A DNA stretch of 60,432 bases from an uncultured Bacilli bacterium (lineage in GTDB: Bacteria > Bacillota_I > Bacilli_A > RFN20 > CAG-449), in NCBI GenBank assembly GCA_944332225.1, contig CALVJO010000005.1, forward strand, positions 1-60,432, written 5' to 3'. How positions within the stretch are numbered: the stretch's first letter is position 1; each line of letters begins with the position of its first letter. The notes below the pieces were generated by a model. It was not told the DNA's origin. It ran no database searches and worked only from the letters and a program-made list of their open reading frames with translations. Below, in pieces: positions 10,060-19,948 of the stretch. The position numbers were made by a program, and so were the translations under genes.

Positions 10060-10861
10060 TTTTTTAAAAAAGTATAAAAAAGAGATAATTAGGGTAGTTA
10101 TTGCTATAGTTAGCATGATTCTTTTAGCCTTGATTATCTTAGGTATTTTAATGCTAACTAAAGTTATAACTTTTGAAGATGGATTTAAATTTAATATCTC
10201 AATCTTTGATAATCTAAGAGATAGTTTTTGGATATACATCGTATTTATTTTATTGCAGGTTGTAATAACTACTCTTCTTTGCTTTGCTCCTGGAACAACA
10301 ACGATGTTTATAGGATTAGGTATCGCTTTATTTGGAGCGAATTGGAAATGCTTTCTTGTCTTATATATAGGCGTGGTTCTCTCATCTATTGCAATGGATT
10401 TAGTCGGTAGATTTGGAGGAAGCTTCCTGATTAAAAAGTTAATTGGAGAAAATAATTATCTAGAAGCTACGAATCTTTTAAAAGAAAAGGGAACGGTATA
10501 TTTACCATTTATGTATCTTTTACCAATTTTCCCTGATGATGCTTTATGCATGGTTGCCGGGATGATTAAATTAAAGTTTCCTTTGCATCTAATATATATT
10601 TGTCTTTGCCGAGGAATCGGAATAGCTACAATCGTCTTTGGCTTCAGCGTTATTCCTTTCTCTGAGTTTGATGGAGTCTATGATTATTTAGTCTTAATCG
10701 CGGTTATCTTAGTTTATGTATTCGTCTTATTTAAAATTACTAGATGGCTCGATAAGATGTATTCAAAGTATTTAAAACGTAAACAAGAAAAAGAATTAAC
10801 AAAGCAAAATGATGATTCAAATGAAATAAAAGAGATTGAATCACCAGAAAACAAAGAATAA
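10046..10861 (+). CDS. DedA/TVP38 (VTT domain) membrane protein
   Basis: Multi-TM; LQV...FAPG, GRFGG and LLPIFPDD..CMVAG motifs. Confidence 0.85.
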   Translation: MSMIDFLKKYKKEIIRVVIAIVSMILLALIILGILMLTKVITFEDGFKFNISIFDNLRDSFWIYIVFILLQVVITTLLCFAPGTTTMFIGLGIALFGANWKCFLVLYIGVVLSSIAMDLVGRFGGSFLIKKLIGENNYLEATNLLKEKGTVYLPFMYLLPIFPDDALCMVAGMIKLKFPLHLIYICLCRGIGIATIVFGFSVIPFSEFDGVYDYLVLIAVILVYVFVLFKITRWLDKMYSKYLKRKQEKELTKQNDDSNEIKEIESPENKE

Positions 10862-10882
10862 ATTATTAAATATTTCCATCAA

Positions 10883-10909
10883 AAAAGCCTTGCATCTAAC
10901 AAGGCTTTT
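10883..10909. terminator. bidirectional intrinsic terminator
   Basis: AAAAGCCTTG-CATCTAA-CAAGGCTTTT hairpin between convergent genes. Confidence 0.8.
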
Positions 10910-10920
10910 AATTTCATTAC

Positions 10921-11505
10921 TTAGGCTTTCTTTGATTTAAAGGAAACAAATAAGCTGATGATTAATACTAGTAAGGCAATTCCAATGATAGGAAGAATCA
11001 CATATAACTCGCTGACGCAGTCATAAGCGACACCTGCAACAAATACGAGTAAGGAAACAAAGATTAACGATATAGCGAATGTTCCATTTTTCTTGTTGAA
11101 TATCGGAGTTAACAAGATTCCAATTAAGGATACAACGAATAATATTGTATAGATTAATGGGAATGATAACTGAGATCCTAAATTGTAGTTATGAGACTCT
11201 AAGATTAAAGCAAGCCAGGTGATATAGATACCTCCGACTGTTAAGATTCCTAGAACAACATTAAGGATCTTACTTAATAGAGAGTTAGAAGTGTCTCTTG
11301 TGCAGTCAATTGTGACATGGATAATTGATAAAGCCTCTATAGCGACTACGAGAACAAGTGGTCCCCACCAGGAGACAACATTGTTAACAGTCATTGTCGC
11401 GAAGTTAATATTGATTGGGCACATGCCTTGCATAGCTCCCATAGTAATCCAAGCGATCACTAGAGAGAGTGAGTTGGCAATTAGGTAATAAATTGATTTT
11501 TTCAT
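10921..11505 (-). CDS. multi-pass membrane protein (possibly DUF1648/SdpI-like)
   Basis: About 6 TM helices; SD AGAGGAG; family guess is weak. Confidence 0.6.
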   Translation of the reverse strand: MKKSIYYLIANSLSLVIAWITMGAMQGMCPININFATMTVNNVVSWWGPLVLVVAIEALSIIHVTIDCTRDTSNSLLSKILNVVLGILTVGGIYITWLALILESHNYNLGSQLSFPLIYTILFVVSLIGILLTPIFNKKNGTFAISLIFVSLLVFVAGVAYDCVSELYVILPIIGIALLVLIISLFVSFKSKKA

Positions 11506-11819
11506 ACGTTCTCCTCTAAAGTGAAACTATAAGAATAATAATAAAGAGGAAGTCAAATTACAACTATAAATAAATGAAAATCTTTTTAATTTCCTTATCT
11601 TTTTTTGATATTTTTTAACTTATTTTTTAATGATTTTTATCTTTAAGGCTAATTTTTTAAATATAACGTTAATTAAATAAATTGTTTTATCCATCAATAA
11701 GATTAATTTTTAGAATATTTTTGAATGTAGAAAAGATTATAAATTTGTTATCATCATTAATAAAGTTTAGATGTTTTTAGGTTTTTGTTATTCTATTTAT
11801 GATAGGTTTGGGTAAGGGT

Positions 11820-14534
11820 ATGAGAAAACAATTAAAAATATTTATCGCTTCATCGATAGTTGAATTTGCTTCTACGCGGGATGATATTGAAAATTATCTA
11901 TGGAAATATCGAGATAAAAATAATTTTGATGTCATTCCGATTAGATGTGAAACTTCTGAGCCATCCATGAGCGTCACTAGAAAAGAAGATGATTATTGCT
12001 CGCTGATTTTTCAAAGCGACGTTTGTCTTTTTCTATTTTCTAAAAATCTAGGAAAGTATTCTTTAGAAGAATATGAATACTCTAAAGAGATAGTTAAAAG
12101 AAATCATAATCTTAAAATAATCGTTTTCTTTGAAGGAGATTATTTATCTTCTTTTAAAAATCAAGTTATCGAAGATGGATTCGAAACATATGATTTAAAT
12201 GAAAATGAAGATATTTATCGAGTCTTAGATATTTTCATTAAAGAAAACGGAAAAAGAATAGAAGAACAATCCTCATCTTTAATTAATATTTTCTTTGCTT
12301 CCTCGATAGATGATGATGTTCAAGAGAGAATCAAAATCGAAAATTTTATTTATAAGATGAACTATGAATTCGTTAATTCATATAATATCTCAATAAGACC
12401 ATTGCTTACTCATGAAGGTGATCTTCAATCATTGATCATCAAAAGTAAAATGTGCTTTTTCATAATCTTTAAAAAGGTGGAAAAAGAAGTTAAAGATGAA
12501 TTAGATTTTGCTAAACAGTATTTTGATAAGACTGGTTTACCTAAGATATATGTATACTTTAACTCGATTGCAGATTCTACTAGCGAAGAAAAATCAGTTA
12601 TCGATTTTAAAGAATATTTAGATAAACAATTGAATCATTTCTATGGCACGTTTAATGGTATCGATACCATTAAACTAAGAATTTTATTGAATTTAGCTAT
12701 TCAAGAAACTGGTTCTAAGCAAGTGATATTTAAAAATGGTAAATGCTATTTAAATGATGATGCTTTGATATCTATCGACCAAGTTTCTGAATTTAAGAAT
12801 AATCAAAAGCTTATAGAATTTAAGCAGGAATTAAATGATTTAGATGAACGTTACCATGTTTTGAAAAAAGCTTATGAATCAGATCGGATGAATGAGGCTT
12901 TAGGTGAGGAATATTATAATGTTGCGACTAGATACTTATCTTTAAAAAATAAAATTGAAAAGTTAGAAGAAAGCATTTTTAACATCACTTTAAGTTTATC
13001 TAACGATGAAGTTAAAGAAACTCTCAGCGTTCGTCAAAAAAGAGCCTACCGTTACTTTGAAGAAGGTAATGTTGAATTAGCTGTTGAATTATTAGATGTT
13101 GACGAGACTTTAAAATCATATGAATCTTTATCTAATATCACAAAGATGAAAGCAAGAGAAGTCATCAGCGAAGGTCGCTTAAAAATAGATTTTTTAAAGA
13201 CCATGTATCAATATAAAAATCGTTATGAGACGATTGAGGATACTTATAAAAAAATATTGTCGGTTGCTTTATCTAGTCAGGTAGAATTAAATATCTACGA
13301 TGAATATGCTTTATTTTTACTAAGTAGAGAAAGACATAATGAAGCGATTAATCAAGCCTACACATTGATGTCTTTTTATTCTCTTTTCCCTCATTTAGCG
13401 ACTCTTGAAGCTAAAAGCGACAATTATTTAGTTTTAGCGACCATCTATAATAAGATGTCAGATCATCAAGAAGAGACTAAAAAATATTCTTTAGAAGCTT
13501 TAAATATTAAAGAAAAGATCTATGAAGATAATAAAGATGATGAGAAAAATAACTATGGAATAAGTCAAATTTGTCTAGCTTTAGGAAATATCTATCGAAG
13601 AGAGCAAAAAGCTCTTCTCGCGGAATCTTATCTTTCTAAAGGTGAAGCTTTATTGCTTGATTTATCTCTTATTTCTAAAAAATACTTGCTAGATTTATCT
13701 AGGATACTAATTATAAAAGGACAAAATTATTTTGATAGGTTTAAAGGTGATGAAGCTTTATCTTGCTACAAAAGAGCTGAAGAATGCATGTTAAAACTAC
13801 CTTTAGATAATCCTGAAGAAAAATATCAATTATCATCCTGTTATCAGAATTCTGGAGCCTTATTTAGAAAGCTATGCAAAAAGGAAGAAGCTTTAAAAAT
13901 GTTCACAAAATCTAGAGATATTCGTCTTAAACTTGCCGATGATGATCCAATTTCCTTTCTTCCAACTCTAGCCTATTCTTATCAAGGGGTAGGAAACGCC
14001 TTAAGATCTTTAGATAGAAAAGATGAGGCTTTAGATAGTTATTTTCACGCCTATAAAATAAGAAAAATGATCTCTAAGAAGAATCCTAATGTTCACGATG
14101 CAGAGATGAGCGATTCAGCTATGAAGATTGCTTCAGTTTATTTAGATAAAAAAGATCCAGATTCAGCCTATCCTTACGTAAAAGAAACTTTAAGTTTAAG
14201 AGAAAGACTTTATAAAATAAGTAACGATACCTACTTCAAATGGTACGCGCAGTCGATATTTGAACTAGGCCGTTATCATGAAGAAAAAAACAATATAGAA
14301 GAAGCTAAACAAAATTATCTTGAAAGCCTTCATATTCAAACTTCAAAAGACATTGATATTCCAACAAACGCGGAAGCTTTACATCTAATTTTTAAAAAGC
14401 TTAAAGAAATATATAAAGAAGATTTTTTAAAAGTCTTATCTCCTAAAGAAAAAGAAGTTCATGATGACTTATATTCATATAACGATAAACATCCTGACAA
14501 TAAGATAGTTTTTGATCCTCTTTATCAAGATTAA
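11820..14534 (+). CDS. tandem DUF4062/TIR-like domains plus coiled coil plus TPR repeats
   Basis: KIFIASS...SDVCLFLF...GKYSLEEYEYS and NIFFASS...SKMCFFII..VKDELDFA..PKIYVYF; C-terminal LAYSYQGVGNAL/EAL..F..A..IR TPRs; start ATG 11820 (AAGGG SD) or 11799. Confidence 0.75.
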   Translation: MRKQLKIFIASSIVEFASTRDDIENYLWKYRDKNNFDVIPIRCETSEPSMSVTRKEDDYCSLIFQSDVCLFLFSKNLGKYSLEEYEYSKEIVKRNHNLKIIVFFEGDYLSSFKNQVIEDGFETYDLNENEDIYRVLDIFIKENGKRIEEQSSSLINIFFASSIDDDVQERIKIENFIYKMNYEFVNSYNISIRPLLTHEGDLQSLIIKSKMCFFIIFKKVEKEVKDELDFAKQYFDKTGLPKIYVYFNSIADSTSEEKSVIDFKEYLDKQLNHFYGTFNGIDTIKLRILLNLAIQETGSKQVIFKNGKCYLNDDALISIDQVSEFKNNQKLIEFKQELNDLDERYHVLKKAYESDRMNEALGEEYYNVATRYLSLKNKIEKLEESIFNITLSLSNDEVKETLSVRQKRAYRYFEEGNVELAVELLDVDETLKSYESLSNITKMKAREVISEGRLKIDFLKTMYQYKNRYETIEDTYKKILSVALSSQVELNIYDEYALFLLSRERHNEAINQAYTLMSFYSLFPHLATLEAKSDNYLVLATIYNKMSDHQEETKKYSLEALNIKEKIYEDNKDDEKNNYGISQICLALGNIYRREQKALLAESYLSKGEALLLDLSLISKKYLLDLSRILIIKGQNYFDRFKGDEALSCYKRAEECMLKLPLDNPEEKYQLSSCYQNSGALFRKLCKKEEALKMFTKSRDIRLKLADDDPISFLPTLAYSYQGVGNALRSLDRKDEALDSYFHAYKIRKMISKKNPNVHDAEMSDSAMKIASVYLDKKDPDSAYPYVKETLSLRERLYKISNDTYFKWYAQSIFELGRYHEEKNNIEEAKQNYLESLHIQTSKDIDIPTNAEALHLIFKKLKEIYKEDFLKVLSPKEKEVHDDLYSYNDKHPDNKIVFDPLYQD

Positions 14535-14538
14535 TTTT

Positions 14539-15183
14539 CTAGTTGCTTTTTCTAGATTTTTTAATCCATTTCACACCTTTTATAAGAAGATATACAGCAA
14601 TTAAAGAATTTATTAATACAATAAAGGCTCCAAATAGAATTTTTATTAAAGCTAATCTATCTTCATAAGTATCTGAAAAGGCATAAATCATAACATTTTC
14701 TAAGTTATATAAGGTCATTAATGTTGAGATAATTTTTATATAAGTGATCAATTTATTTCCATTAGATATTTCATATTTGATATTAATTAAATTTTTAATA
14801 GCAAAGCCTAGATTGATAAAACTATATAAAGCATAAGGATAGATAATAATTTCAGGGTAAGAACCTATGGTTTGATTATTAACTATATAACTCATCATTA
14901 TCGATAAAATAATATTCATTAAAAGAATGATTATTCCGGAAAAGATATATGATTTTGGGGTTTTTTGATTGCTTCTATCATTCTTTAAGGCTAGTAAAAT
15001 AATTATTTTTAAAATAATGATAAATAGATAATAAAAAGCAGTTACCACCTCATATGATGAAAAATAAATAATGGAAGTTATTAAGATAAAGATAAAATAA
15101 ATGACATTAAAAGCAAAAGAGAGCCAAAAATTGGCTTTCTTTCTAAACGAGGGAAGATATAGATAGTAATAGATTAGGTTCAT
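14539..15183 (-). CDS. multi-pass membrane protein of unknown function
   Basis: About 6 hydrophobic helices; start abuts the upstream stop. Confidence 0.65.
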   Translation of the reverse strand: MNLIYYYLYLPSFRKKANFWLSFAFNVIYFIFILITSIIYFSSYEVVTAFYYLFIIILKIIILLALKNDRSNQKTPKSYIFSGIIILLMNIILSIMMSYIVNNQTIGSYPEIIIYPYALYSFINLGFAIKNLINIKYEISNGNKLITYIKIISTLMTLYNLENVMIYAFSDTYEDRLALIKILFGAFIVLINSLIAVYLLIKGVKWIKKSRKSN

Positions 15184-15530
15184 TATTGATTGTTAGAATC
15201 TTTACTTAAGGCAAGTAAGATAGAACCGGAATACTTTTCTTTACGTCTATCTAACCATCTTTTATAGATAAAATAGTTAGTAGAAATCATAACGATACCG
15301 ATTAATCCAATTACGATTCCTAAAGGCATAAGATAGGTTGCTTCACCTAAAACTCCCATAGCAAGGCACATTCCCGTGCCTAAAATTAAAGAACCAACGA
15401 TTCCAAAAATATAGGTAAAAATCGTGCATGGTAACTTACATTGGAAGTCTAATTTTTTAGCTTCATCTAAACCTGTTTTCTTTTTAGGGCTATACTCCTC
15501 TTTTAATTTTTCTTCATCAAAATTAATCAT
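15183..15530 (-). CDS. conserved two-TM membrane protein (family often mislabelled 'dihydropteridine reductase')
   Basis: EYSPK..LDEAKKLD..P..IFTYIFGIVGSLILGTGMCLAM...NYFIYK..L..RKEKY; start reassigned to ATG 15530 with GGAGG SD. Confidence 0.7.
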   Translation of the reverse strand: MINFDEEKLKEEYSPKKKTGLDEAKKLDFQCKLPCTIFTYIFGIVGSLILGTGMCLAMGVLGEATYLMPLGIVIGLIGIVMISTNYFIYKRWLDRRKEKYSGSILLALSKDSNNQ

Positions 15531-15661
15531 TTTTTCCTCCTTGAAGCCTTTTGGCTTACAAATATAGTAAATCAAATAAAATTAAGCTTTTTAACGACAT
15601 AATTTTAAATTTTTGTCGGATTTAACTATATTTATTTATGAGGAACTATTAGGAGAGGCTT

Positions 15662-16768
15662 ATGGATTCAAGTACAATAATTATCATCATTTCTGCAGTC
15701 TTAGGATTAATCATTATTATATTGCTTATAGGATTAATCTCTTTAAGCGTCAAATTTAAAAATAATTCTAATGTTAATATCGATGATTCAAAGTTAAAAC
15801 TTTTAATCAACGATGAAATTAATAAAATGAAAGACAATATTTCTCAAAGGATGGAGTCACAAGACAAAAATATTCAAGATACCTTAGAAAAAGGTTTTGA
15901 AAAGAATATTAATCATCTTGATAAAGTAAATGTTGCCTTAGGAAAAATTACAGAATCTCAATCTCATTTAGATTCATTAAACAATGAGATTTTGAGATTA
16001 AATAAAATATTATCCGACAGCAAAACGCGAGGCACATTTGGAGAAGTGCAGCTAGAAACTATCGTAAAATCTATCTTTGGAGACACGATAAACACCTATG
16101 CTTTTCAAAAGCAAATCGTTAAAGATAATAAAAATGTTAAACCCGACTGCGTGATTTATTTAAATGATCCAGATAAGACTATTCTTTGCATTGATTCTAA
16201 ATTCTCCTTTAATGATTTTGAATCAATATTTAAAGAAGAACCAAAAGAAATAGAAAATTCAAAATTAACAATTTTAAAAAATAGATTAAGAGATCAAATC
16301 GATAAAATTGCGATTGATTATATAATTCCTGATTTAACGTATGAATATGCGATCATGTTTATACCATTTGACTCTATCTATAATTTTATTGTTGGAAATG
16401 ATTATCTTTATTCTAACGTTATTGAATATTCTAGAAAGAAGAACGTAATTATTGTTTCACCTACCACCTTGCAACCTATATTGAATAACATTAATATTTT
16501 CAGAATTGATAGAATCGCTTCTCAAAATATTAAAGATGTAATTATAGAGGTTAAAAAGATTCAAGAGGCCATAAATATTTTTAACGAATCATATATCGAC
16601 TTTACCAAAACTTATAAAACTTTAGCGAATAAGAAAGATAAATTAGATGGAAAAGTAAAAAAAATTATAAAAACATCATCAAAAGCATTAGAAGCGATCA
16701 CGAATGAAGATTATCAATTAATTGAAGAACCTCTTGATCAAGAAGAATCTTCATTTGATGAAGAATAG
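15662..16768 (+). CDS. rmuC: DNA recombination protein RmuC
   Basis: N-terminal TM and coiled coil; KTRGTFGEVQLE, PDCVI, IDSKF, AIMFIP and VSPTTL motifs. Confidence 0.92.
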   Translation: MDSSTIIIIISAVLGLIIIILLIGLISLSVKFKNNSNVNIDDSKLKLLINDEINKMKDNISQRMESQDKNIQDTLEKGFEKNINHLDKVNVALGKITESQSHLDSLNNEILRLNKILSDSKTRGTFGEVQLETIVKSIFGDTINTYAFQKQIVKDNKNVKPDCVIYLNDPDKTILCIDSKFSFNDFESIFKEEPKEIENSKLTILKNRLRDQIDKIAIDYIIPDLTYEYAIMFIPFDSIYNFIVGNDYLYSNVIEYSRKKNVIIVSPTTLQPILNNINIFRIDRIASQNIKDVIIEVKKIQEAINIFNESYIDFTKTYKTLANKKDKLDGKVKKIIKTSSKALEAITNEDYQLIEEPLDQEESSFDEE

Positions 16769-16788
16769 TATGATAAAGAAGTAAAAGA

Positions 16789-17463
16789 TTAATTATCTTT
16801 TTTCATTTTTTTAATATTCTCTAAGTGCTTTAAATGAGCTTCTTTCGATTTAACATTATATGATTCTAATAATTCATAAATTTCATCAATTTCTTCATTT
16901 GAAAGAGAATAATATTTTTTAATGGGCTGATTAATAGTTTCAATAAAAGAAACTTCATCATAGACATAATTTGATGTAACTTGAGATATATCAGTGTTAA
17001 TGAGGACAACAATATTTTTAATTGGGATATCATCGTCTAAAATTTCTTCTATTACTTGGACATGAATTTCGTTTTGTTTGACAGGAGATCTTCTTTTTTC
17101 TACTAGATTATTTTGAATATAAAGCCATTCATCATCATAATCTCTTCCAATTAATGAACCGTGCCAATTTTTAGTTTCAATTACGAAAACTCCATATTTA
17201 TTAATTAAGATTTGATCGATTTCATGGGAATTTTCTTTCCCGTCATAAAATAATCCATTACTTATTAAATGATGATATTCTAAACAATATTTGTTAATAA
17301 GATAATTTATTCTATTTTCCCCTTGCTCGCCTTGCTTATGTAAATAAGATTCATCGGTTGACTGCTGAGTTAAATTATCTTTTTTGGATCTTTTTTTAAG
17401 AAATACGATTAATAGCAGAAAGTATAAAATAGTGAATATTACAATTACAAAAAACCAAATCAT
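16789..17463 (-). CDS. NERD nuclease-related domain protein with N-terminal TM
   Basis: GEQGE, EIDQILI..GVFVIETKNWHG and SPVKQN..H motifs. Confidence 0.88.
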   Translation of the reverse strand: MIWFFVIVIFTILYFLLLIVFLKKRSKKDNLTQQSTDESYLHKQGEQGENRINYLINKYCLEYHHLISNGLFYDGKENSHEIDQILINKYGVFVIETKNWHGSLIGRDYDDEWLYIQNNLVEKRRSPVKQNEIHVQVIEEILDDDIPIKNIVVLINTDISQVTSNYVYDEVSFIETINQPIKKYYSLSNEEIDEIYELLESYNVKSKEAHLKHLENIKKMKKDN

Positions 17464-17560
17464 ATTAATAGTTTATATCAACAATAATGGACTTTAGCAA
17501 GGTTAGATTCTATATTTAATCATCCCGATTATTTCACTTAAAAAATAAATTTACGTCTAA

Positions 17561-17594
17561 AAAACACAAGATTAGAAAATTTAAAACACGAGAT
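17561..17594 (+). promoter_or_regulatory. putative LytTR-type direct-repeat binding site
   Basis: AAAACACAAGAT (17561) and AAAACACGAGAT (17583), 22-bp period, upstream of the glycan operon; LytTR regulator gene at 24948. Confidence 0.55.
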
Positions 17595-17607
17595 GGAAAC
17601 GCTTACA
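17594..17607 (+). promoter_or_regulatory. cre-like (CcpA/LacI-family) operator
   Basis: TGGAAACGCTTACA, one mismatch to TGWNANCGNTNWCA, just upstream of the -10-like TAAAAT at 17613. Confidence 0.6.
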
Positions 17608-17715
17608 TAGAATAAAATCAAAGTAAAAGGCCTTTACTTACAAATTATTTTTTAAGTGCTTTCTACCATAATTTTGAAAGCAAAAAGTTTTATATTAGGA
17701 GGAAAAATAAATAAT

Positions 17716-19929
17716 ATGAAACATCTCAAAAAAGCCACGATGCTTGCTGTATTAGCAGCCTGCTTACTAGGAACGCCTGCATTAACTGCATGCGGAGGCG
17801 GAGGCGGAGGCAGCTCAACCCCATCTTCAATTGATTCTAAAGTTACTTTACAAAGTATTGAAGTAACAAAAATGCCTACAAAAGTAGAGTACATTACTGG
17901 TGAGACATTCGATCCAACAGGCATGGAAATCACCGCGCATTATTCTGATGGATCAACTGAAGTTTTAACTCAGGATGATTATTCTTATCCAAGAACACCA
18001 TTACAAACTGGTCAAGAATCTGTCGAAATCTCTTATCGCGGAAGATCAGTTGAAGTACCTATTACCGTTACTTTCGTATTAATGGTTACTTCTATTGAAG
18101 TAGAACAAATGCCAACAAAGACTACTTATGTTGTTGGAGAAACCTTTGATCCTACAGGCATGAGAGTCACTGGTAGACGTAATGATGGCACGAAAGTTGC
18201 TATTCAAGATTACACCTACGATAAGACAGATCCATTAACTTTAGATGATAGAACTGTAACTATCACCTATGAAGACATGTCGACAACGATTAATATTCAA
18301 GTGGTTGAAGAACAAGTAACTGGAATTAGAGTTACTAAGAATCCTACTAAGATTAATTATATCGTTGGTGAAGCCTTTGACCCAACTGGAATTGAAATCT
18401 CTACAATTACAAATGCTGGTAACTTAACTCCTTTAACTAGCGAAGATTTCACTTACGATAAACATGATCCATTAACGATAGAAGATACTGTTGTTACATT
18501 TACTTATGGTAATTTCACTACTACATTAAATATTTCAGTTTCTGAGAATGCTTTAACTGGAATTGAGATCACCACTCAACCTACTAAAGTAGAATATAAA
18601 GATGGTGAAACCTTTGATCCAACCGGTATGGTAGTAACCGCGCATTATGCAGATGAGTCTACTGCTGAAGTAACTGAATATACTTATCCAACTGATCCAT
18701 TAACGCCAGAAGATACTGAAGTTACTATTTCTTATGTTGGATTCACCGCGACTGTCCAAATCACTGTTTCTCCATTAAAAGATAGAGTTAACGTTAGAGG
18801 AATAGGCCTAGTTCGAGTCGAAGCTGAAGATTTAGATACTTCAAAAGCTACTTTAAGAGATGACTTTATTCAAGCTGGTCGTACCTTTATTGAAAATGGT
18901 GATGGTGCATCAGGTGGAGCAAACATCTGCGGATACAACCCAGGATCAATCTTTGAGATTCCAGTTACCACCGATCAACCAACTAAGATTCTTATTAGAG
19001 CTAGAATGTCTGACACTAACCTTAACTATAAGATTAATGATGGTGTTAGATTCAAAATGGATGAAGATGTTCTAATTTCTGATGATGTTACGTTTACTTA
19101 TGCAGGAACAGGTGACTATTGGAACTGGAAAGAATTCAATATTGCAACAGTTGAATTAGAACCAGGAGAACACGTCTTTAGCTTAGAATCTCTTTCTCAA
19201 AGACCTAATCTTGATAGATTTGATTTCTATGTTCTTGAATATGGTGATGAAGTCATGGAAAAAGAATTAACTAGCCTTCAAGTAACTACTAATCCAACAA
19301 AGACTTCTTATAAAATAGGAGAAACCTTCGATCCAACAGGAATGGTTATCACAGGAGTTTATAATACTGGCGAAACTGAAGTTATCGAAGATTACACAGT
19401 AGATACTACAACTCCTTTAGATCAAAATGATACTTATGTTACTGTCTCAGTTGGTTCAGTAAGCGTTAATGTACCAATTTCTGTATATGGATTAAATGTC
19501 CAAGAAGCCGGCGAATATAAACATGAAGCTGAGCACGTCGATACTAGTCATTTAGTCCCAGACTGGGACGGTGGATTTATTGAAAATTCAGGAAGCGTTT
19601 CATCTAATGGTCAAAATTTAGGCCACATTGCCGGTGGATACATTGAAATCCCATTTGTAACTAATAAAGTTTATAACTTAAAAGTTGATATCTTAATTGC
19701 TTTCCCTACCCCAGTTATGGCAAGCGATAAAATTGATACTTTAGCCATTGATGGTAAAGTGATTGAATTCGAAGATGTTGCTTTAGATGCCGCGGAAGGA
19801 AATCAATATTGGAATTATCAAACCGTTACAATCTCTAAAGATAGTTTAGCTGCTGGTGAACATACATTTAGATTGACCCTCAAAGGCGGCGGAAACTATG
19901 ACTATTTCAACTTTATCTTTACTGAATAA
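17716..19929 (+). CDS. surface lipoprotein with five bacterial Ig-like (Big_3) repeats and two CBM6/CBM35-like modules
   Basis: Lipobox LTAC plus Gly/Ser linker; 5x Y..GE.FDPTG; two EAE..D...YWN...N.D.F.F jelly-roll modules; start ATG 17716 with AGGAGG SD. Confidence 0.8.
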   Translation: MKHLKKATMLAVLAACLLGTPALTACGGGGGGSSTPSSIDSKVTLQSIEVTKMPTKVEYITGETFDPTGMEITAHYSDGSTEVLTQDDYSYPRTPLQTGQESVEISYRGRSVEVPITVTFVLMVTSIEVEQMPTKTTYVVGETFDPTGMRVTGRRNDGTKVAIQDYTYDKTDPLTLDDRTVTITYEDMSTTINIQVVEEQVTGIRVTKNPTKINYIVGEAFDPTGIEISTITNAGNLTPLTSEDFTYDKHDPLTIEDTVVTFTYGNFTTTLNISVSENALTGIEITTQPTKVEYKDGETFDPTGMVVTAHYADESTAEVTEYTYPTDPLTPEDTEVTISYVGFTATVQITVSPLKDRVNVRGIGLVRVEAEDLDTSKATLRDDFIQAGRTFIENGDGASGGANICGYNPGSIFEIPVTTDQPTKILIRARMSDTNLNYKINDGVRFKMDEDVLISDDVTFTYAGTGDYWNWKEFNIATVELEPGEHVFSLESLSQRPNLDRFDFYVLEYGDEVMEKELTSLQVTTNPTKTSYKIGETFDPTGMVITGVYNTGETEVIEDYTVDTTTPLDQNDTYVTVSVGSVSVNVPISVYGLNVQEAGEYKHEAEHVDTSHLVPDWDGGFIENSGSVSSNGQNLGHIAGGYIEIPFVTNKVYNLKVDILIAFPTPVMASDKIDTLAIDGKVIEFEDVALDAAEGNQYWNYQTVTISKDSLAAGEHTFRLTLKGGGNYDYFNFIFTE

Positions 19930-19948
19930 TTATTAGAAAGGTTAATTT

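Noticed and set aside
11506-11800. Long AT-rich intergenic region as a possible ncRNA or origin
   Set aside because: No stable stems, iterons or DnaA-box cluster seen; consistent with a divergent promoter region
15662-17463. rmuC plus NERD nuclease as a defence pair
   Set aside because: The genes are convergent rather than operonic, and both are common standalone genes
17794-17811. (GGAGGC)3 repeat after the lipobox
   Set aside because: Encodes a Gly linker; unit is a multiple of three and only three copies, so weak evidence for phase variation
17850-19480. Recurring GAAACCTTTGATCCAACAGG-like DNA repeats as a possible CRISPR or DGR
   Set aside because: They are degenerate coding repeats of Ig-like domains about 230 nt apart; no constant repeat-spacer structure, cas or reverse transcriptase gene
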